DNA of 64,000 nt from Camelus ferus (Eukaryota): assembly GCF_009834535.1 (NCBI RefSeq), contig NC_045707.1, positions 55,368,001 through 55,432,000 of the forward strand, given 5' to 3'. Positions 12,783-26,499 of this stretch are shown here, piece after piece (position 1 is the stretch's first letter; each line of letters starts with the position of its first letter). The position numbers were made by a program, and so were the translations under genes. A model generated the notes under the pieces. It saw nothing but the letters and a program-made list of their open reading frames with translations. It searched no databases and was not told the DNA's origin.

Positions 12783-15032
12783 TAGTACGCGGGAAACACG
12801 ACTGTATGTACACGAAACGTGTCCTCACTAAGGCCTATTCTAATTAAACTAAAGGGGAAAAAATGGATAGAAAAAGTATGGCATTATTACAGAAATGAAT
12901 TTTTTCAAAGGTTTTTTTTTCCTTACCCACGATCGTTTTACACTAAAGTTACACAGCTTAGGGTTTTGGTTTTGTGTGTGTGTGCGCACGCATACTTGTG
13001 CATGTGTATGTGTTTAAGAAAGAGAGGAAGAGAGAAGGACACAGGGAAAGGGGAAAATATAAGACTTCATAGTTGATAAGGGAAAAAAAGTGATTGTTTT
13101 GATTCCAGTCATTCTCTCTAGAAAAAAGGGTTAGTGAATGTGTGTTTTAAGTTCTCCTTGAAAATCCCACCTAAAGTACTTTAAAAAGAACCATCGTACA
13201 GCAGGCACTTGCATTTCAGAAAGCTGACTTCAGATGGAAAACAGTCTCAGGGCTGTATGGACCTTAACAAGAAGCACGTTGACTCCTTTTACCGTAGAAT
13301 GTGTTCACTTTCTTTTTATCAAAAATAATAAAAACAGGATTTAAAGCATTTTTAAATATATCATTAATGTGCTTATGTATCCTCTCCCATGGAGAATGAA
13401 AAAAGGGAAAGCACCCATTTCCACATTAAACGTTTCAGGGATATTGCTCACATGGGTTACTATACTGGCTAACAGCCTGTTCAAATTAAGGCAAGGGAGG
13501 AATGATAAATATTCATTTTCTACTTTCCCTCTGGCACCAAGATGTAAATATAGCTAATCGTGGCCTCCTAAATACAATTATTAATGAGTTTTGCAGCAGC
13601 ATGTTATTTGTGCGGAGATGTGTGCAAATACTGAGCTTTCTTTTCCTCCAGATGGTGTTCACTGAGTTCAAGCAATCATATAAGCTGGGGCAAGTGCTCT
13701 CCCATGTTGTTTCTTCTGTTCACGGGAAGGGAAAAGCAAGGCAAAACCACCACCCAACAGCCCTGCATTGCTTAAAGCTCTTGATGCACTAGAAATTTTA
13801 AGACCATTTCAAAACCCAGACAGTCGTCTGTGATTTCAAAAGCTAGGTTGTAAAATGAAGTAACCATACTGCAGCAGTACTCATGCAATAAAACTTCATT
13901 CCTTCTGAATTATCAGATAAAAAATCATAGCAGTGCGTTAAGAACAATCCATACTAGTTGTGATACGCAGTCATGCTTCGTATTCTTGGGCATAAAATTA
14001 AATATTTTTCATCTTTTAGTTTGTTTGAATTTCTGTTGGTTTGAAGCTTTTAAAAGTAATTTTAATACCATTCATATTTTGAAGAGGAAGAAATTAATCC
14101 TGTCATATGTATTTTAGATGAAATGTAAAACAAAGATCCGGAAGGCCTGCAGTAATAAAATAACTCAGGTTGTCATAATAAAAACATTAACTTCAGTATA
14201 CAGGAAAATTTCCCATGGACATAATTATATTTTGTTTTTCTAATCTTCATCTCTTTTCCTTCTTTTCAAACTTAATTGGAGCCAAAAATATTTGAAAATT
14301 TTTTAAAGGATAAACAGATAATGGCATATTTTGAAGTGTGTATGTTCATTACGTATTTCATAACTAATGATTAGGAAAACATTTTGAATCTCTGAATCCT
14401 ATTAAAACTTTTATGCACTTTACCTAAATTATGTAGGTTTAACTATTTTATTTATGAAAGGAAAAAAGCCAGACCTCTTTTATAATACTTTTATAACCTC
14501 CATGAAGATAGTGATTTTTTGTCATTTATTCTTTTAACCTTTCAATAACAATGAGTAATGGTAATATTTACTGAGTAATAATTAATTTGAATTTCATCTC
14601 TCAAGGGCCACAAGAACGCTATAAGCAAAGCGTTATTTCCCTTATTTTACTTACGGCATTTTCTTTATTGTTGTAACACTTTATTTCAGAAGTTAAATAA
14701 TTTGATGAAGCTAAAAGACTAACAAAAGATAGAAACGAATTTTAAGCCAAAGCTTTTTGACAATAGAACTCTTACTTTTAACTATATACCAAATCAGCTC
14801 ACCTCCTCGGTTCTGGTAGTTGATACAGAAATAAGTTTGTATTCATTTAAACTGTAGGGTGTTCCTATAAGTAAGTGCAGTTTTTCTATGTCACAGATGA
14901 GGAAACTAATGCTCTCAGAGGGCTTAAAGAAAAGGATGCTGTAAGGAAGTTGATGTCCCATTATTAACCATTAAGTTAAGATTTCTGACCATATTTGCCT
15001 TTTTACTTGATCAACAATATTCATTTTATTAT

Positions 15033-15503
15033 AAGGCATGCTTCATCTTATTGTACTTTGCCTCATTGAGCGTTACAGATCTTGCGTTATTTTTTCTTTA
15101 AACAACTTGAAGTTTTGTGGCAACCCTACATCAAGCCAGTCTGTTGGCATCATTTTTCCAATAGCATTTGCTCACTTTGTGTCTCTGTGTCGCATTTTGG
15201 TAATTCTCACAGTATTTCAAACTTTTTCATTACTTTATTTGTTAGGGTGATCTGTAATCTTTGATGTTACTACTACCACTTGCTGATGGCTAGCTTTTTT
15301 TTTTTTAGCAATAATGTATTTTTAAAGTAAGGAATGCACATAATTTTTTTAGGCATAATACTATTGCACATCTAACAGACTACAGTATAGTGTAAATATA
15401 TGCACTGGGAAAACAAAAAACTTTGCATTACTCATTTTACTGCAATATTCACCTTGCTGCAGTGGTCTAGAACTGAACATTCATCATCTCTGAGGTAGGC
15501 CTG
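15033..15503 (+). mobile_element. internally deleted Tigger1 (TcMar-Tigger) non-autonomous copy
   Basis: 5' end aggcatgcttc...ttgaagttttgtggcaaccct...ttttggtaattctc joined to 3' end actattgcacatctaacagactacagtatagtgtaa...atctctgaggtaggcctg|ta; both TIRs and TA flanks visible. Confidence 0.85.
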
Positions 15504-16664
15504 TATATATCATACATTAAAATTTTTGTTTTCTTTTGTTACGAATCTATGCTATAATAATATACTTGCTATTGGTATTTGGACAATATTTAAATCCCCT
15601 TTTTATATACCCAGAATGTGACTAGATGACCAAAATGAAGTTAATTTGGAAACATGAATTGGTTGAATTAAAAGTATGCCCATGTATGCTACCTCAATTT
15701 TCACTTTTAGCATATTTTTTGAAGTTGATAATCATAAGAAATCAGACTTTGGTCTTTGTCCTTTATTACATATTATCATTTACTTAGTAATTTAAAGAAT
15801 AACAAAGGTTAATACTTCTATAAGTTTCTTTTGTGCCAGGCACTATTCTAAAAGCTTTATGTGTGTTATTTAATTTTTGCTGGAACACTTTGTGTTGCAT
15901 TATATTATTATCGTTCCTATTTTATAGATGAACAGCTATAGAATGATTTTTCAGGATGAGAATCAGTCTGATAAGCTATTTGAATATTTATGGTCTAGAA
16001 ACACTCCTAACTACATTATCTTTAATAGCCTTCCCATTACACTTCCATCTACTAATAATAGGAAGGAAATAGCCACTCTCAAATTTTCATTAGAAAAGAA
16101 AGCATGAAATTTTAAAGACTATGTCAGAGCACATTTAGTTTATCTAATTGGCAAGGTTACATGTTCTCTTTTATAGTCTACAGGAGCACAGGTTTTTGAC
16201 TACCCTGGAGAATTACTGGATGAAAACACGTATTTGTGTGACGGATTTGCCCAAAGAAATTGCTCTTTGCTATGTAGGTGCTGAAAATGAAATTAGTCAC
16301 ACATCATCTGGGAAAGATGTTCCCCGTGTAAGTTCTAAATGCCTTGCAAATTGCTCTTCCTAATTGGGGTTAGATGCCTTTTTGGACACTTGGGTGAGTA
16401 AATTATTTAAGTGATCCATAAACTGTGAGACATAGCAACAGGACGTGCACACAAAGGTAGCGCACGTTGTGTGGAGCTCATCAGTCAGGCACAGGTGTAT
16501 CATCTGTAAGCTGCTTGGTTTCCAGCAACTGAAGGAGTTGTTTCTACTTTCCTTGGCTTGAAAAGTTTACTTCCTAGAAGGAAACTAAATGAGATCTACT
16601 CTTTAAGCTACTTTTCCTAGGTTTCCTAAAACCCTTTGTTTATTTCTTGGTCTCAGACATGAAT

Positions 16665-16805
16665 GGCTCTCTTCTACTAGACTGTGAACATTCGGAGGAT
16701 AGGAATTCTGTCTTATTCATCTCTGTATTTCAGCACTTAACTATAGTAACTGACACATAATCAACTTTCAGTATTGAAAAAATTAATACACCAATGAATG
16801 AATAG
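16665..16805 (+). mobile_element. L2 3' end fragment
   Basis: ctactagactgtgaacattcggaggatagg...tgtcttattcatctctgtat...tgacacataa...aatgaatgaat. Confidence 0.6.
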
Positions 16806-17464
16806 TAAAGGACTCAGAAATATAAAGGCTATGTGAATATAACCAATTAGTGCAAGCTGAACTAAATACACAATTTCAACTGTTATATGGATCTTTCGTT
16901 AGTTCATTATAAATGACACAAATGAGTTCATAATTTTTTTTTCTAGCTTTTAATCTCAGTTCTAATTAGGCTATTTTTTCCTGTACTTTCACTTTTCTAA
17001 GTTTCTATGGTACACTCAGATTTTTAAAATAATTTCTCAGAGACCATATATTAAAAGTACTTTTCAGCTTTTGTCATGAAAGTGTCTCTATTTTATTTGA
17101 ATTGTTTTCTCTTAGTCACTGCACATCTTTGTTCACTGAATATCTTATAATGAGTTAAGTTCCCTCTGGTTTCATTTTGCAGGTTGGTTAGACATCTGTG
17201 CTCAAGTTCAGACTTTCTCTTGACCATTTGTTTCCCTAAATGATAAGTTTCAGGTTACTGAGTCTTCTGTAGAGTTCCACTGTGGTCCCATGGTCAAAAG
17301 GTAGTGGTTTTGCTACTCACATCCTTCTGGTATTGGTTTGTTAAATGATATGGTTGCATTGTCCAGCTCCTTTTCAGTGGCCATAATAGATGATGGTAAT
17401 ACTTGTCCTCACGTTGTGCTAAATGCTGTTTTAGCTGGACTGGACTAGGTCACATTTTTTTTAG

Positions 17465-17559
17465 GTGTTCCTTCTTGTATCAATAGCTAACTACCCTGTA
17501 TTTCTCCAAGAACATTATCCTTGTGATTTGCAACTGCCAACAAGACTACTACAAGAAAG
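17465..17559 (+). other. candidate 95-nt exon
   Basis: acceptor after a T-run (...ttttag|G at 17464/17465) and donor AAG|GTAAAT; no recognisable protein. Confidence 0.25.
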
Positions 17560-17661
17560 GTAAATGTCTTAGAAAATATCGTTTTGTTGTAACAGTCATT
17601 AGTTCCTTCTGCTATCTTCTCTTAAAATTCTATCCCAGCTATGCCTGGCTGAAACGCCACC

Positions 17662-17830
17662 AGTGTGGTGGGTTGAATTGTGTACCCCCAAAATTCATAT
17701 GTTAAGGTCTTAATCCTCAGTATTTCAGAATGTGACTTTATTTGGAAACTGGGTCATTGCAGACGTAATTAGTTAAGATTAGGTCATAAGGAGTAGGACG
17801 AGTCACTAATCCAGTATGACTGGTGCTCTG
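17662..17830 (+). mobile_element. MaLR MLT1 LTR 5' fragment
   Basis: tgtggtgggttgaattgtgtacccccaaaattcatatgtt...cagaatgtgactttatttggaaa...gcagacgtaattagttaag. Confidence 0.8.
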
Positions 17831-18075
17831 GATAACTCCTAATGCTTTAGACTCTGGGATATGGTATGGGACCCAGGAATATGACATGTTATTGCCTATT
17901 TTCTACTTTACAATTTCTAGAGAACAACAGTATATGCCTTTCTTCTCCTTTCCTTGTCACTGACCACAATAATTAGCCATCATATATTAGGTAAAGTTAA
18001 GCCTCTCTAATTTCACAAATGAGATGCCTAAATTAGATTTCAGTTTAATTAACTTCAACTGTAACAAATCCCCCC

Positions 18076-18818
18076 TTTTTTTTAGGGGTTTTAAAAATTG
18101 TTTTATTTGGGAAAAGTTCTTACAAAAGGGCAGCTACAAAACACAGAGACCTCTGCAACAATTACTTGTTTTTTCTTAAAGTGAAAGAATGGGTGGGATG
18201 CAAGGAATCAAAGCAGTAGGTGGAACAATCAGGAGCATCCCCAAGTTATTTTCAGGAAATAGAGCAACAAGACACACACACAAAACCCTCTTTCTGGCCT
18301 TTAAGGGAACAAAATCATTCTAGGAGGAACTTGCCTTTGAGTTACAAAACGTTCTACTTGGTCTTCTCCAGGAACCCTAATCTCACCATCTTTTTAAAAT
18401 GCAAATTTTGAGAAAGGGGCAAGGCACAGCCAACTAAAAGCTGTCCTGCCCTTGGGGATTGTTACAGAGTTGAATTCCAGTTGTTAGGTTTATGGTCGAC
18501 TACTTATGTCCAGTACCCTGAGAGAACAAAAGCATTCCTAGGAGAAAAGAGAAGAAAAGAGACAAAAGGCAAGCCAGATATGTGGCAACCACCATTGCTC
18601 TTTCTGTACCTGGCCCAGAGGTGTAGTTCCAGAAATATCCAAAGACCACCAGTCCTTTTACCGCTTCCCAAACGTCCCTGCTTATCTTAAGAGACTAGTA
18701 AGTATCTTAAAAAAGAAAAACAAAAATTAAAAAAACCCAAAAAACAACAAAAACAACTTTCTAAGCCCAAGGGAACAAAGTCATTCTAGGAGGAACTTGC
18801 CTCCCCTGTCGTTTGCCT
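18076..18818 (-). pseudogene. probable processed retrocopy of an mRNA 3' UTR (parent not identified)
   Basis: poly(T) 18076-18083; tttatt (AATAAA on -) at 18102-18107; UTR-like body; right flank caaattccttttt/aa resembles left flank caaatcccccc-tttt and an L1 endonuclease site. Confidence 0.55.
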
Positions 18819-18869
18819 CAAATTCCTTTTTAAATGCGATATTTTTACTTCAAATGTGTACTATCATAG

Positions 18870-19080
18870 ACTAGCAATTTTTGAACTGTGTTTTAAAGAA
18901 CCTTAGAGATTCTGGAAAGTTCTGTTTAGGAATCAAAAATGAAGGAGATTGAGTCCTACATCTCCCCAGTACCTTAATAGGAGCAGTCCCAATTTTACCT
19001 ATTTTCTTAGTTTTTGCTCTGTGCTAAGATTTCATCTGAAAGATGGTATCTGATGCTAAGACACTTGAAAACTAATGATT
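18870..19080. mobile_element. old hAT-Charlie element (MER112/113-like)
   Basis: tttttgaactgtgttttaaagaaccttagagattc ... tttcatctgaaagatggtatctgatgcta...ttgaaaactaatg. Confidence 0.4.
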
Positions 19081-20599
19081 GTGTCCTTTACAGTGTATAA
19101 ATAGCATAAAGGATAAATTTTAAAACAACACACAAAATCACACTTTCCTGAATTTTTATGTTGATTTATGGACTTTAAGAGATAATAGGATTATGGGGAT
19201 TTGTTAACATCAAATGCAAATGCCTACCAGAGGAGGAAATAGCTGGAAATTTTAGCTATCTTGTTCAAGGTTTCAGAGTGAATTAGGGGTAAATTAAAAG
19301 ATTAGGACCCAAATTTTCTGATGATGATCTTTTCAAAATACAATAGCATTTCCATCTATAGGAATCATTGTTTCCTAAATAATTAGCTGATCTTTGGTCA
19401 GTACCAGTTTTATTACTTTCCATGTTTACTTTTACAAAAGAAACTTTTTAAGCAAAATATTTGTGATTGAGTTTCTTTATTTTGACTTCACGGGAGAAAA
19501 TGTTGTTTGGAATGATTTTTTGTGATACACCTTCAATAAAAATAAGCACTCTAGTCTTCTATTGAACATATTACATTTGTATATGTTCTCAGTTATCCAA
19601 ATCTTTATAAATGTGCATTTCCCTCCATCTATGAAGTAGAAGGGATTTATTATTTTAAATCCAGGGACTTATTTAAATTTCTAAATTAATTCATCACTTT
19701 TATTTGGCAGAGCTAAAAACTGGCTTTACGTAGTGATCCGAGAAAAATTGTGATGCTCTTCAGTTGCCAAATTCCTTAACAAAATATACTTAAATCAAAT
19801 ACTTGCTAGAGCCACTTGAAGTCAAAAGGTGGATACTATGAAATGATCCAGAGCTTAACTCAATGAATATTCCAGCTTTTATGTCTGGGGAAAGGGATAA
19901 AATGAGTAGTTGTACGGCCATCACAGTAAATTAAAGGAAAGCAACTGGAGAATTAAAAGATTTTGATTACAAGTATAGAAATTATATAATATAAAAAGTC
20001 AGATGACTTTTAAATAAGTTCTTGTCTGGGCTTTACATCCTGCTTAATATTTAAATAATCTAGGCCAAATATAACAATGGCCTGTTAAACACAATCCTCA
20101 AAATTTTTTGGATTTGGTTTCCTGAGTGTGTGATGCAGCCTTTTTGCCATCTGGCATTTCATTTGGGATCATACCCTTTGCTTAAAGAGGAGAACTATCA
20201 TAAGCTAAAATTATAGTTAATATGGGGTAAACTATAGTAACATCTGTGCACATGACAACTTATATTTAGTTGTATCAAAAATTCTTTGGAATCCTAATGA
20301 TAATTTGGAAATTTTACTACTTTCATGGCTAAAATAACATTTTCCAAGCAAATTGGTTTTCTCATTTAAATCCTCTGATTTCGGTAGAGTATATGAGCAA
20401 TCATCTACAGATTGATTTTGAAAATGCTCTTTGATTATTGCCAATTCTGTTTAATCTTGAATTTAGGAATTTAAAAAAATAAATGGCTATTTGCACTCAT
20501 CCCCATTACCAAATACCCTGAATATTTTCTCATCAAACTGGCATAAACATGTCTTACCTCACTACTTCTGAATTTATGTATTATACTATTTCATGTCAC

Positions 20600-21330
20600 T
20601 TTTTTATTTATTCATGTAGCAGACATTTAAAATGCACAAATCATAAGTATATATCTTGACAAATTTTCACAAAGTGAATATACTAGTGTAATCATATTAC
20701 AAAACAAACTTAATTTTATTGTTTTCATACTAAGAAATAGAACTTGAAGTGCTTCATAGGAATTCTTATGCTCTACACCAGTAACTATTCCCCTCCTTCA
20801 CAAAGATTACCACTATCACTTAATAATTAGCTGCTTTGTTTTAGAGCTCTATATAAATGGAATTGTAAAATAGGCAGTATTTTGAATCCAGCAACTTTCA
20901 CCCAATACTGTATTTGTGAGTTTCCTTCATGTTATTGTGTATAGCAGTAATTAATTTTGTATAGTATTCCATGGTATGAATGTAAAACATTTAATTTTTG
21001 ATGTACACTCTGATTGCTTCCAGACTATTACAAATGAGACTGATTAAAAACCATCATCCATGTGTTTGGCTGACATATATATGCATTTCTGTTAGTAATA
21101 TACCTCACAGTAGAGTTCTTTAGAGGTTCTACATCTGTCCAGAAAATTGATTTTCTGAATTCTTTGAAAGAGTTTCAACTTATTTTCAAATATGGTTGCA
21201 TGATTTACTGTCCCATCAGTAGTGTGTGAGGGTTCCAGTGGCTCCACATCCACATGAATACTTGATAATATCAGTTGTATAAATATCGTTCTTTCTGGTG
21301 CATGTGTTGTGATATCACTTTGGAAAGAAT
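20600..21330 (-). mobile_element. ancient L1 (L1M/L1ME-type) 3' region
   Basis: aaatgcacaaatcataagt...aaattttcacaaagtgaa; tatagtattccatggtatgaatgta; ccatcagtagtgtgtgagggttccagtggctccacatcc. Confidence 0.75.
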
Positions 21331-21825
21331 CTTCTTGTGGAGACCATCTTCTCAGCTGCTGCACTATGATATTAATTTTCTTATGTTCAGCATATATCAG
21401 GATCTATAACTTTACTACTTTCACTTCTAATCCACAGAAGCAAAGAAACCTGATTAAAATAAAGGCAAGGAAGTTGGCAGATGTGCTTGCTATATGATAC
21501 ATATATTCATTCTTGCTGTGATTTTGTGATTTCCAAAATTCAAACTTGTAGTTAAAAATCTGGATTCTGTTCATATTTATAAGAGTTTGGCAAATCACTA
21601 TGTACCACTCTGTGGACATGTTGAAATATCACTTATCTTAATAACAAAAGGAAATTACTGTTTTCTGTTTCTCCTCTTAATGTTTTTACTTATTTTCCAT
21701 TAACCATTTTTCTTATAAGAGAAGTTGTCTTCCCTTCTTCAACACTCATCCACTCCTGGACACAAAGTAATCTGGTTTATATCGTAATCACTTCCTAGAA
21801 CTCCATTCAGCTATGTCAGGAATGA

Positions 21826-22322
21826 TGTGGTAGGTAGAATAATGGCCCCCCAAATGTCCACATCTTAACCCTTAGAACTTGTCAATATGTTATGTGACAT
21901 AGAAAGAGTGAATTAAAGTTGCAGATGAAATTATGTTTGCTAATCAGCTGACCTGAAAATAAGAGATCATCCTGCATTACCTGGGTGGAGCCAATGTAAT
22001 CACAAGGATCCTCAAAGGGGAGAAGGATTAGAACCAGAGAGATGACATCATAAGCAAACTTGACTGGCCATTACTGGCTTTGAAGATGGAGGAAGGCTAC
22101 AAGCCAAGGAATGCAGGCAATCTCTAAAAGCTGGTTAAACGCAAGAAAATTAAATTTCCTTTACAGCCTCCAGAAAGGAACGCAGCTCTATCAACACCTT
22201 AATGTTAGTCCAGCAGAACTGCTTTTGGACTTCTGATCTCCAGAAATGTAGGATAATAAATTTATGTTGTTCTAAGTGACTGTATTTCTGAGGAATTACT
22301 ATTGCAATAGAAAGCCAATATA
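21826..22322 (+). mobile_element. MaLR LTR, MLT1D-like
   Basis: tgtggtaggtagaataatggccccccaaatgtccacatc...tggctttgaagatggagg...agccaaggaatgcaggc...gcaatagaaagccaata. Confidence 0.85.
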
Positions 22323-22515
22323 AATCTTGGTTTCTGAGAGTGGGGAGCTTCTGTAACAAATACCCAAAAATGTGGAAGTGATTTTTGGATTGCACAGTTG
22401 GCTCTTGAATTTTGAGGAGCATGAGAGAAAAAGCCTAAATTGCTTTGAACAGACCATTATGAGAAATATGGATGTTCATGGCTCTGCTGGTGGTGACTCA
22501 AAGAAGTGAGAAAAT
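22323..22515 (+). mobile_element. MLT1 internal sequence start
   Basis: agtggggagcttctgtaacaaatacccaaaaatgtggaagtg directly follows the LTR, as in MLT1-int. Confidence 0.7.
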
Positions 22516-22519
22516 TTTA

Positions 22520-23050
22520 TATTCTTGTATTTTCTACAGCAGAATTTGGTCATCTTAAGCACTCTTACTCCTGAAAATCTTTATTCCTTTAATATCTCTA
22601 TTTTTTTTCATATTTCTTCTTCAAATCTGACTATGCCTTTTCTATTTTCTCTTTGTTCAATTCTGTGTATATGGGCACACCTGTATCTTTTGTAAATCTA
22701 CATAATCTACATAAATCCCTAAATAATAGTATCTGTGTTGAATGACTTCATCTGCTCCTACACAGAATTGATTTACAAATATTTATCTTCAATAGAGATC
22801 TCCTCATTGAATTCCTGATTAAAAATCCAATTGCCTAATGAGCAAACTTAATATGATATTCCTCAGGTAATTCTAAATGTTGAACATTGGCCTTATTGTT
22901 ATCTTTCAAATCTGCCTCCCCTTTCAGTCCCTCTCTAAGTTGGTGCTACTATCATCAGTCCAACTGAAGGAACAAGAAATCTTCAACTCATTCTTCTATG
23001 TCTTTCTTTATATCCTCCAAAGCATCAGATTCTGCTTTTTAATTTCCTAA
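22520..23050 (+). mobile_element. L2 fragment
   Basis: atttacaaatatttatcttcaatagagatctcctcattgaattcctga...atccaattgcct. Confidence 0.5.
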
Positions 23051-23270
23051 TATTTAGTGATGTGCCAAGTACAGGTTTTCAAAGAAAAACACATGTATTA
23101 ATTAGTTTAATTCTAATAACAATCATATGAGGTGTGTTCTATTACCATCCTAGTTTTACAAATAATCTGAGACAAAGTAAGATATTACCCAAGGTCATGC
23201 AGGAGTGAGTAGACAAGATGGGACTGGGAGGCAAGGAGCTTGGCTTAGGGCCTATGATTAAACAATTATT
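23050..23270 (-). mobile_element. MIR SINE
   Basis: ttaattctaataacaatcatatgaggtgtgttctattaccatcctagttttaca...ctgagac...cccaaggtca. Confidence 0.6.
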
Positions 23271-24972
23271 CTGTACTGTTGTCTCTTGAATTCACCATTT
23301 ATTCCCCTCAGAAAACAGTTTCTTGCTTTTCTCATCTGAAATTTTTATTTGTTTTCTTTCTGCCCTTATTTCTGCCTTTCTCTCTCTTCTTTTCTCCTCC
23401 ATGTCCTTCACTCTCCACATTCTGCTCCAAACTTGGCATTTTAAATTTTTTTTATTTTAGTCAGTGTGTGTGTTTTACAATACAGTTTAACATTTTTGAG
23501 GTTTCTTCTACCATGTTGATCCAATTTCTGTTTTTTTGTTTTGTTTGCTTGCTTGTTTTCTGCCATTATGTTTATGTCACATTACCCACCATGGGTTAAT
23601 ACACTTATAAAAATTCTTTACTGTTATTTATTAGGGTTTTAGCAAGGGATGGAGTTAAATGTATGTGTACAACCCAGTATCTTTCACCAGAAGTCCATTA
23701 AAACATTTTCAGTAAAAAGGCAATAAAAATGCATTTACCGTAAAAACAATTCAAGTATTATTCTTATATGGAATAATTTTTTTCAAATGACATGCTTAGT
23801 TACTATACCTTTCCTTTCTTGCTCTAGCAAATCCACTAAAGTAGGTAGAAGTAGTTTAAATTACTGTATCTTAGAGACTCTATATTATTTTAAACATAGT
23901 CTATGTGGGGTTTTTTTCATGAATAGGTTCATTAAAATTATAATATTTTAAATTTAGGAAATCTAGAACTTGATGGTTCCATGTCTTTGTTGCTGACTTT
24001 AACATACCTACAATGCAATCAAGTCCTTCAGGTTTACTTCTCTGATCATACAGATGGCAGTATATTGAGTAAGTAATGCAAACAAAACAATTTTTTGATC
24101 TATGAAATTCCAGTTAAATCAGCTCTGACTTTAGAGTCTACTTTTGAAGATCGTAATGTATAACAATTTATGACCATTTTAATTTTAAAAAGTATGATCT
24201 TTATTGTGACAATAAAATTTTCCATTGAGTGAACAAAGCAATCAGGTAATTGCCATGGTAAACAAATCATCCTGACATTTTAATAAAACTCAATTTTAAG
24301 CACTTCCTAGTTACATGCTTTAAAGATGCCCTAAATTCCATCTAGCCGTGTAGTTTTTCTTATTCATGAGCACATAGAAAATATGTGGTCTGTTTTTATA
24401 GTAGACCTTCTGTAGCTTTAATGGGGAATATAATTATTTTTAGGGGGCTGAGGTAAGGTATTGAAGCCCAGATCCTACTCCTTATTCTCCTTCCAAATTT
24501 CTCTGAGTCAACAGACAAACAAAATATCAAATAAGATAATACTTCTATAAACCACCAAGCAATTTCCCAATATCCAGTATTACAAGTACAGACTTTCCCT
24601 GGTACCTGTAGGGTATACAGTTCATGTAAAAGACCTAGGCAGGGTTTCCTAATTTATACTGATTTAAAATGAGAAAAGAAAAATGCATCTGAAAGGCAGA
24701 CTTGAGTTCATTTTTCTGAGGAGCAAAGTGAACAAGCATGACCAGACTTCTTTAAGGGATATGATGTCTGCTTATATAGGGGGGAAGGAAAAAAAGAACA
24801 CAGAATGCATGAACACTAGCTTTGACTAGAGTGATAGGGCTTACTAATAAAACACAGAATCATGAATACACTGAAATTGAGGATAGATGAATTCATTAAT
24901 TTATTTCCTGGGGGATAGCAATGCATAAAATATCAAAAGTTCTTTCAAATATTTCTTCCAAATAAAAAGAGA

Positions 24973-25350
24973 GTGTGTTAATCTTCTAGGGCTGCCATGA
25001 CAAAATACCAGAGATTGAGTGGCTTAAACAACATACATCTATTTTATCATCGTTCCGGAGGCTGGAAGCCCAAGACTGAGATGTTGGCAGGTTTAGTTGC
25101 TCCTGAGGCTTCTCTCCTTGGTTTGAAGACAACTGTCTTCTCTTTCTGTCCACAAATAGCCTTTTCTCTGTGGATATCCCTGTATCTCTGTATCTTTTTA
25201 TAAGGACACCAGCCATACTGGATTAAGGCCCATCCAACTGACGTCATTCAACTTTAATTACCTCTTTAAAGGCTCTGTCTCCAAATGCAGTCATATTATA
25301 AAGTACTGTGGGGGTTAGGACTTCAACACATGAATTTCGGGGAAGGGCAA
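24973..25350 (-). mobile_element. MaLR solo LTR, MLT1A/B-like
   Basis: tagggctgccatgacaaaatacca...tggcttaaacaaca...ggaggctggaagcccaaga...ttataaggacaccagccatactggattaaggccc...ggggttaggacttcaacacatgaattt. Confidence 0.85.
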
Positions 25351-26202
25351 CACAATGTAGTCCATGAAGGGAAGAATTATGGATAGATGCTTTTTATTTA
25401 TGTAAGACAGACATGACCCATTCTCCTATAAGCTAGTATATACAATACTAATTTGAATACATGCCTCTGTTGTATCAGTGGATACATGCAATGTGTTCAA
25501 TTAGTTGTATTCCATTTATCAATAAGTCACTGTGAAAGGGAAAGCAAAGCATAATCAATCTATGGCTAATGAAATTTCTTCCGATAATCTGAAACTGTTG
25601 GGGTGGACAAGAAGTTAGAAATATGATTACTGTAGGGCAGAAATAAGTGTGTACTTAATCTTTTAACCCAGACAGAACACTTTGTCTAGTACATATTAGA
25701 TACTAATAGCTATTCTTTTTTGGTTGAAGGTAATGAAATGGGAAAAAGGTAGAAAAATCCAAGCGGTATAGTAAAACTCTTATTTATTCTATTGAAAATC
25801 TACCAAATATCCCATAGGCACTTCAAACTCATCAGTTTCCACCTATACCATGGTTCCTCTTTCTAAATTTGATTTCTCAGGGAACATGGTTCTCCCGCCA
25901 TCATACCTGTCAGGTACTTAGGAACCACTGTCAACTTCTCACACTCACAGTTCCATTCATGAAGCCCTTTAAATTCCACCTTCAAAACACTGTCATGCAT
26001 ATGTTTATCTCCAAGCCCAGTGTCACTGTTTGTGTATATGTGTGTGTGTGTGTGTATGCATATATTTATCCAGATTTACTGTATTATTTACCTATAGCTA
26101 TTATACTAACCTCTGTCTCTGCTCCCCTTATACCAACTTCCCAATCTGTTTCCAGTGAGATCTTTGTCAAATAGAAATTTGATACCACCAATAATTAACT
26201 TT

Positions 26203-26236
26203 TCTTGAGGACATACATATCTTGAGGACATACATA
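26203..26236. repeat. perfect 17-bp tandem duplication
   Basis: tcttgaggacatacata x2. Confidence 0.95.
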
Positions 26237-26499
26237 ACTTGTCACCTAGCTCCTGTTTATATTTCTGACCCTTGTCATGGTTGAACGTCTTACCATGCGT
26301 GTATTAAAGTTATAATAAAATATTTTATAGATTGGACCCTTAGGTTTTTATATATTAACCCCTCTGTCAGGAAATATACTCATTTTCCCTCTTGTCTATC
26401 TTTTCCTTGTCATTCAGAATGAAATAGTTTCCTCCTTACAAGAAATTGTTCCCATAACTAACCTTCCCTTTAGGACTTAAATATTTGCCTACTTTACTC

